Source: Gemmatimonadota bacterium
GTDB taxonomy: Bacteria; Gemmatimonadota; Gemmatimonadetes; Gemmatimonadales; GWC2-71-9
Length of the DNA: 64,000 bases
Assembly (NCBI GenBank): GCA_003221035.1
Contig: QHUB01000013.1
Coordinates: 23,259 to 87,258, forward strand
Reading direction: 5' to 3'
Part shown: piece after piece, positions 63,401 through 64,000 of the stretch
How positions within the stretch are numbered: position 1 is the first letter of the stretch
How the letters are laid out: every line of letters starts with the position of its first letter
Made by a program: the position numbers and the translations under genes
Notes under the pieces: generated by a model
What the model was told of the DNA's origin: nothing
Seen by the model: the letters and a program-made list of their open reading frames with translations, nothing else
The model's database searches: none

Positions 63401-64000
63401 TCGCGCCGGCCTCGCCGTGCACGCCGATGAAGACGCGGTCGGTGGTCAGGATCGAGCCGTCAGCCGGCGCGAACACCGTCACGGCGGGCCCAGCCACGAT
63501 CGCGCGGCGCTGCTCATCGGCACGCGCGGCGGAGTCGCGCAGCGCCGGGATCGTCAGGCCCTGAGGGGCTACGGCGACCGGCGGCGGGCCCACAACGTCC
63601 AGCGCGTGCGCGAAGCGCGCAACGCGCGGATGCCGATTCACGATCCGGAGCTCGACGCGCCGCTCGCGCGCCAGGGTCGTATCGCCGGACCCGGCAAACG
63701 GCTCCTGATCCGCGCGACCTATGACGCCGTCGATCAGATTCGCCAATCCGTTGAACTGCAGCTGATACGCGACCCAGCGCGCGCGCTCTTCAGACAACCG
63801 CTGATTGGTGAAGAACGGGCCACCGACCACGTCGCTCGTGTCGGTATGGCCGACGATCTCCACCCCGCAATCGGGGTGCGCGCGCAAGAAGTCCTGCACC
63901 CGCTTGCCGAGGTCGGCGAGGTTCAGGATGTAGTGCGGGCGCGACTCGTTGCGCTCGAAGTAGGCGACCGCCGCGTGGTCGGTCTGCGAGCCCGGAAGGA
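60462..64000 (-). CDS. very large envelope protein: OmpA-like peptidoglycan-binding domain + Ig-like domains + ~750-aa beta-rich C-terminal region (5' end off-window)
   Basis: The frame stays open upstream of the track start 63899, through to 64000 (...AYFERNESRPHYILNLADLGKR-VQDFL). OmpA_C motif GHTDTSDVVGGPFFTNQRLSEERARWVAYQL...RERRVELRIV, followed by Ig/Big-like segments. Confidence 0.75.
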   Translation of the reverse strand, partial: LPGSQTDHAAVAYFERNESRPHYILNLADLGKRVQDFLRAHPDCGVEIVGHTDTSDVVGGPFFTNQRLSEERARWVAYQLQFNGLANLIDGVIGRADQEPFAGSGDTTLARERRVELRIVNRHPRVARFAHALDVVGPPPVAVAPQGLTIPALRDSAARADEQRRAIVAGPAVTVFAPADGSILTTDRVFIGVHGEAGATVVLFDGATRLADGEVRGDGVHDFIAVPLARGPHRLRVRMVNSWSQERWDSLDVHVSGRPANILYEGSKLVLAAGGQRVDTAYAHVLDQWGVPVVTGALVTVVADGAEVMNADEDRLSVGLQVKADSTGVVALKLRGGRDVRLGSLVLRSANANAHVQLEILPEARPFMMTAAGQVGVGASPDAFGSATARGRLDARTSVLVSVDSRQLDGGSNQFGRSVDPLGDAQYPILGDASVTRSRSASRYAVAARVERGLDWMAFGDLTTGAFASGLALSGYDRALAGVAGRVTTGAVVWQGFGSTSSERLAQQQIRGAGMSGPYDISLGIVAGTEKVVLETRAFDNPQQALARQTLTRYLDYDIDYEHGLLLFKHPVPATDPSGNPVFIMLTYGTDNGGAESTVWGLRATADARALVGHEALDSLRIGSTFIRDGRPGAERDLAGIDFGAQRLGRLTFHGELAHSQTPDSAGFATTIGGSVLLAKGLTVSGDWLRTDREFKNPANIALTGGTEDLRLGARFVVGGSEIRVEHSAQSFDLQNVSRMKSGAFVAQRFGALRAEAGISASRLNTGTTDDATQASEFRLVWAPLSALNFSAEARRHLGQGISAVQPDYIGAGVALKVNPHTTFELTHRQVELPGGLGYGVTSLGGRSDVGVGTQAWGSYQLAGANGGHVAAVVGLNNRLHVGTAWTLNTLFERRFGLNNAPTADPIRALPFLQSEENYWSAGFGAEYLPEQSPYRFSLRSEWRDGEERTSKLLSMAGAADLTKSFAVLTRQEFQASDDRQSTGWVSHQRIASLNGLAFRPVGNDALNLLAKVELIDERNPLGGGVLTAQTGHEARRILTAEAIWSPTSRLELGARYAFRTADATVTHSDSVVQPLSSAADYIGSRLDIGMTPWARIRGDGRLLHERTSGTIRWDAAPQLVLLPVRGMEIASGYRIGDLHDPDFAVRGGSGWFMTIGATITEQSVASIASFWHSRGNQ

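Noticed and set aside
1-64000. Scan of the whole window for rRNA, tRNA, CRISPR arrays, transposases, integrases, phage genes or known defence-system domains.
   Set aside because: None was recognised by eye. All gaps longer than 60 nt were inspected and are accounted for above. A formal tRNAscan, Infernal or DefenseFinder run was not possible.

Overview
High-G+C, gene-dense bacterial chromosome segment. I call 67 protein-coding genes, many joined by 1-4 nt stop/start overlaps. I saw no rRNA, tRNA, CRISPR array, transposase, integrase or phage gene. The protein repertoire (DUF2911, DUF5916/CBM9, DUF4173, split MacAB-TolC behind an ECF sigma factor, cupredoxin-linked aa3 oxidase) looks Gemmatimonadota- or Acidobacteriota-like, but that is inference only.

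Left to right, the window contains:
- a HEAT-repeat gene that runs off the left edge
- peptidases and repair/housekeeping genes (M28-PDZ, GAF/fRMsr-like, alpha/beta hydrolase, nth, M20, DUF255, cyclophilin)
- a translationally coupled envelope operon (GT39/ArnT-like, AsnB, HD, PLD)
- an ECF sigma / anti-sigma / Spy-like / TolC / split MacAB efflux block
- DUF5916 and a multi-TM MCP
- an amidohydrolase/M23/lipoprotein operon
- a cytochrome b plus Mo-oxidoreductase pair
- a sensor-HAMP-Ser/Thr kinase that overlaps a cupredoxin gene
- a ClC channel
- a ~7 kb respiratory operon: CxxCH beta-barrel, dihaem cytochrome c, cupredoxin, CoxII, CoxI, two CoxIII, CoxIV and a possible 37-aa TM ORF
- DinB plus a tiny basic ORF
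- a PHP-domain protein, a second M28 peptidase, and a membrane protein + wHTH + uppS + DUF4173 block
- a four-helix-bundle (23S-IVS/Avd-type) gene bracketed by 30-nt inverted repeats
- PhzF, EamA, S9 peptidase, fabH
- a small signalling island (degenerate HD-GYP, Cys-rich protein, Hpt-REC)
- a very large OmpA-domain envelope protein, running off the right edge, coupled to a zinc-ribbon ORF

I found no recognisable defence system. The most unusual items are:
1. the haem-tagged predicted outer-membrane barrel that heads the oxidase operon
2. the repeat-bracketed four-helix-bundle cassette
3. an ArfA-like micro-ORF
4. the histidine-kinase-style sensor-HAMP module wired to a Hanks kinase and paired with a blue-copper paralog

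All functional calls come from motif recognition by eye. No database search was run.
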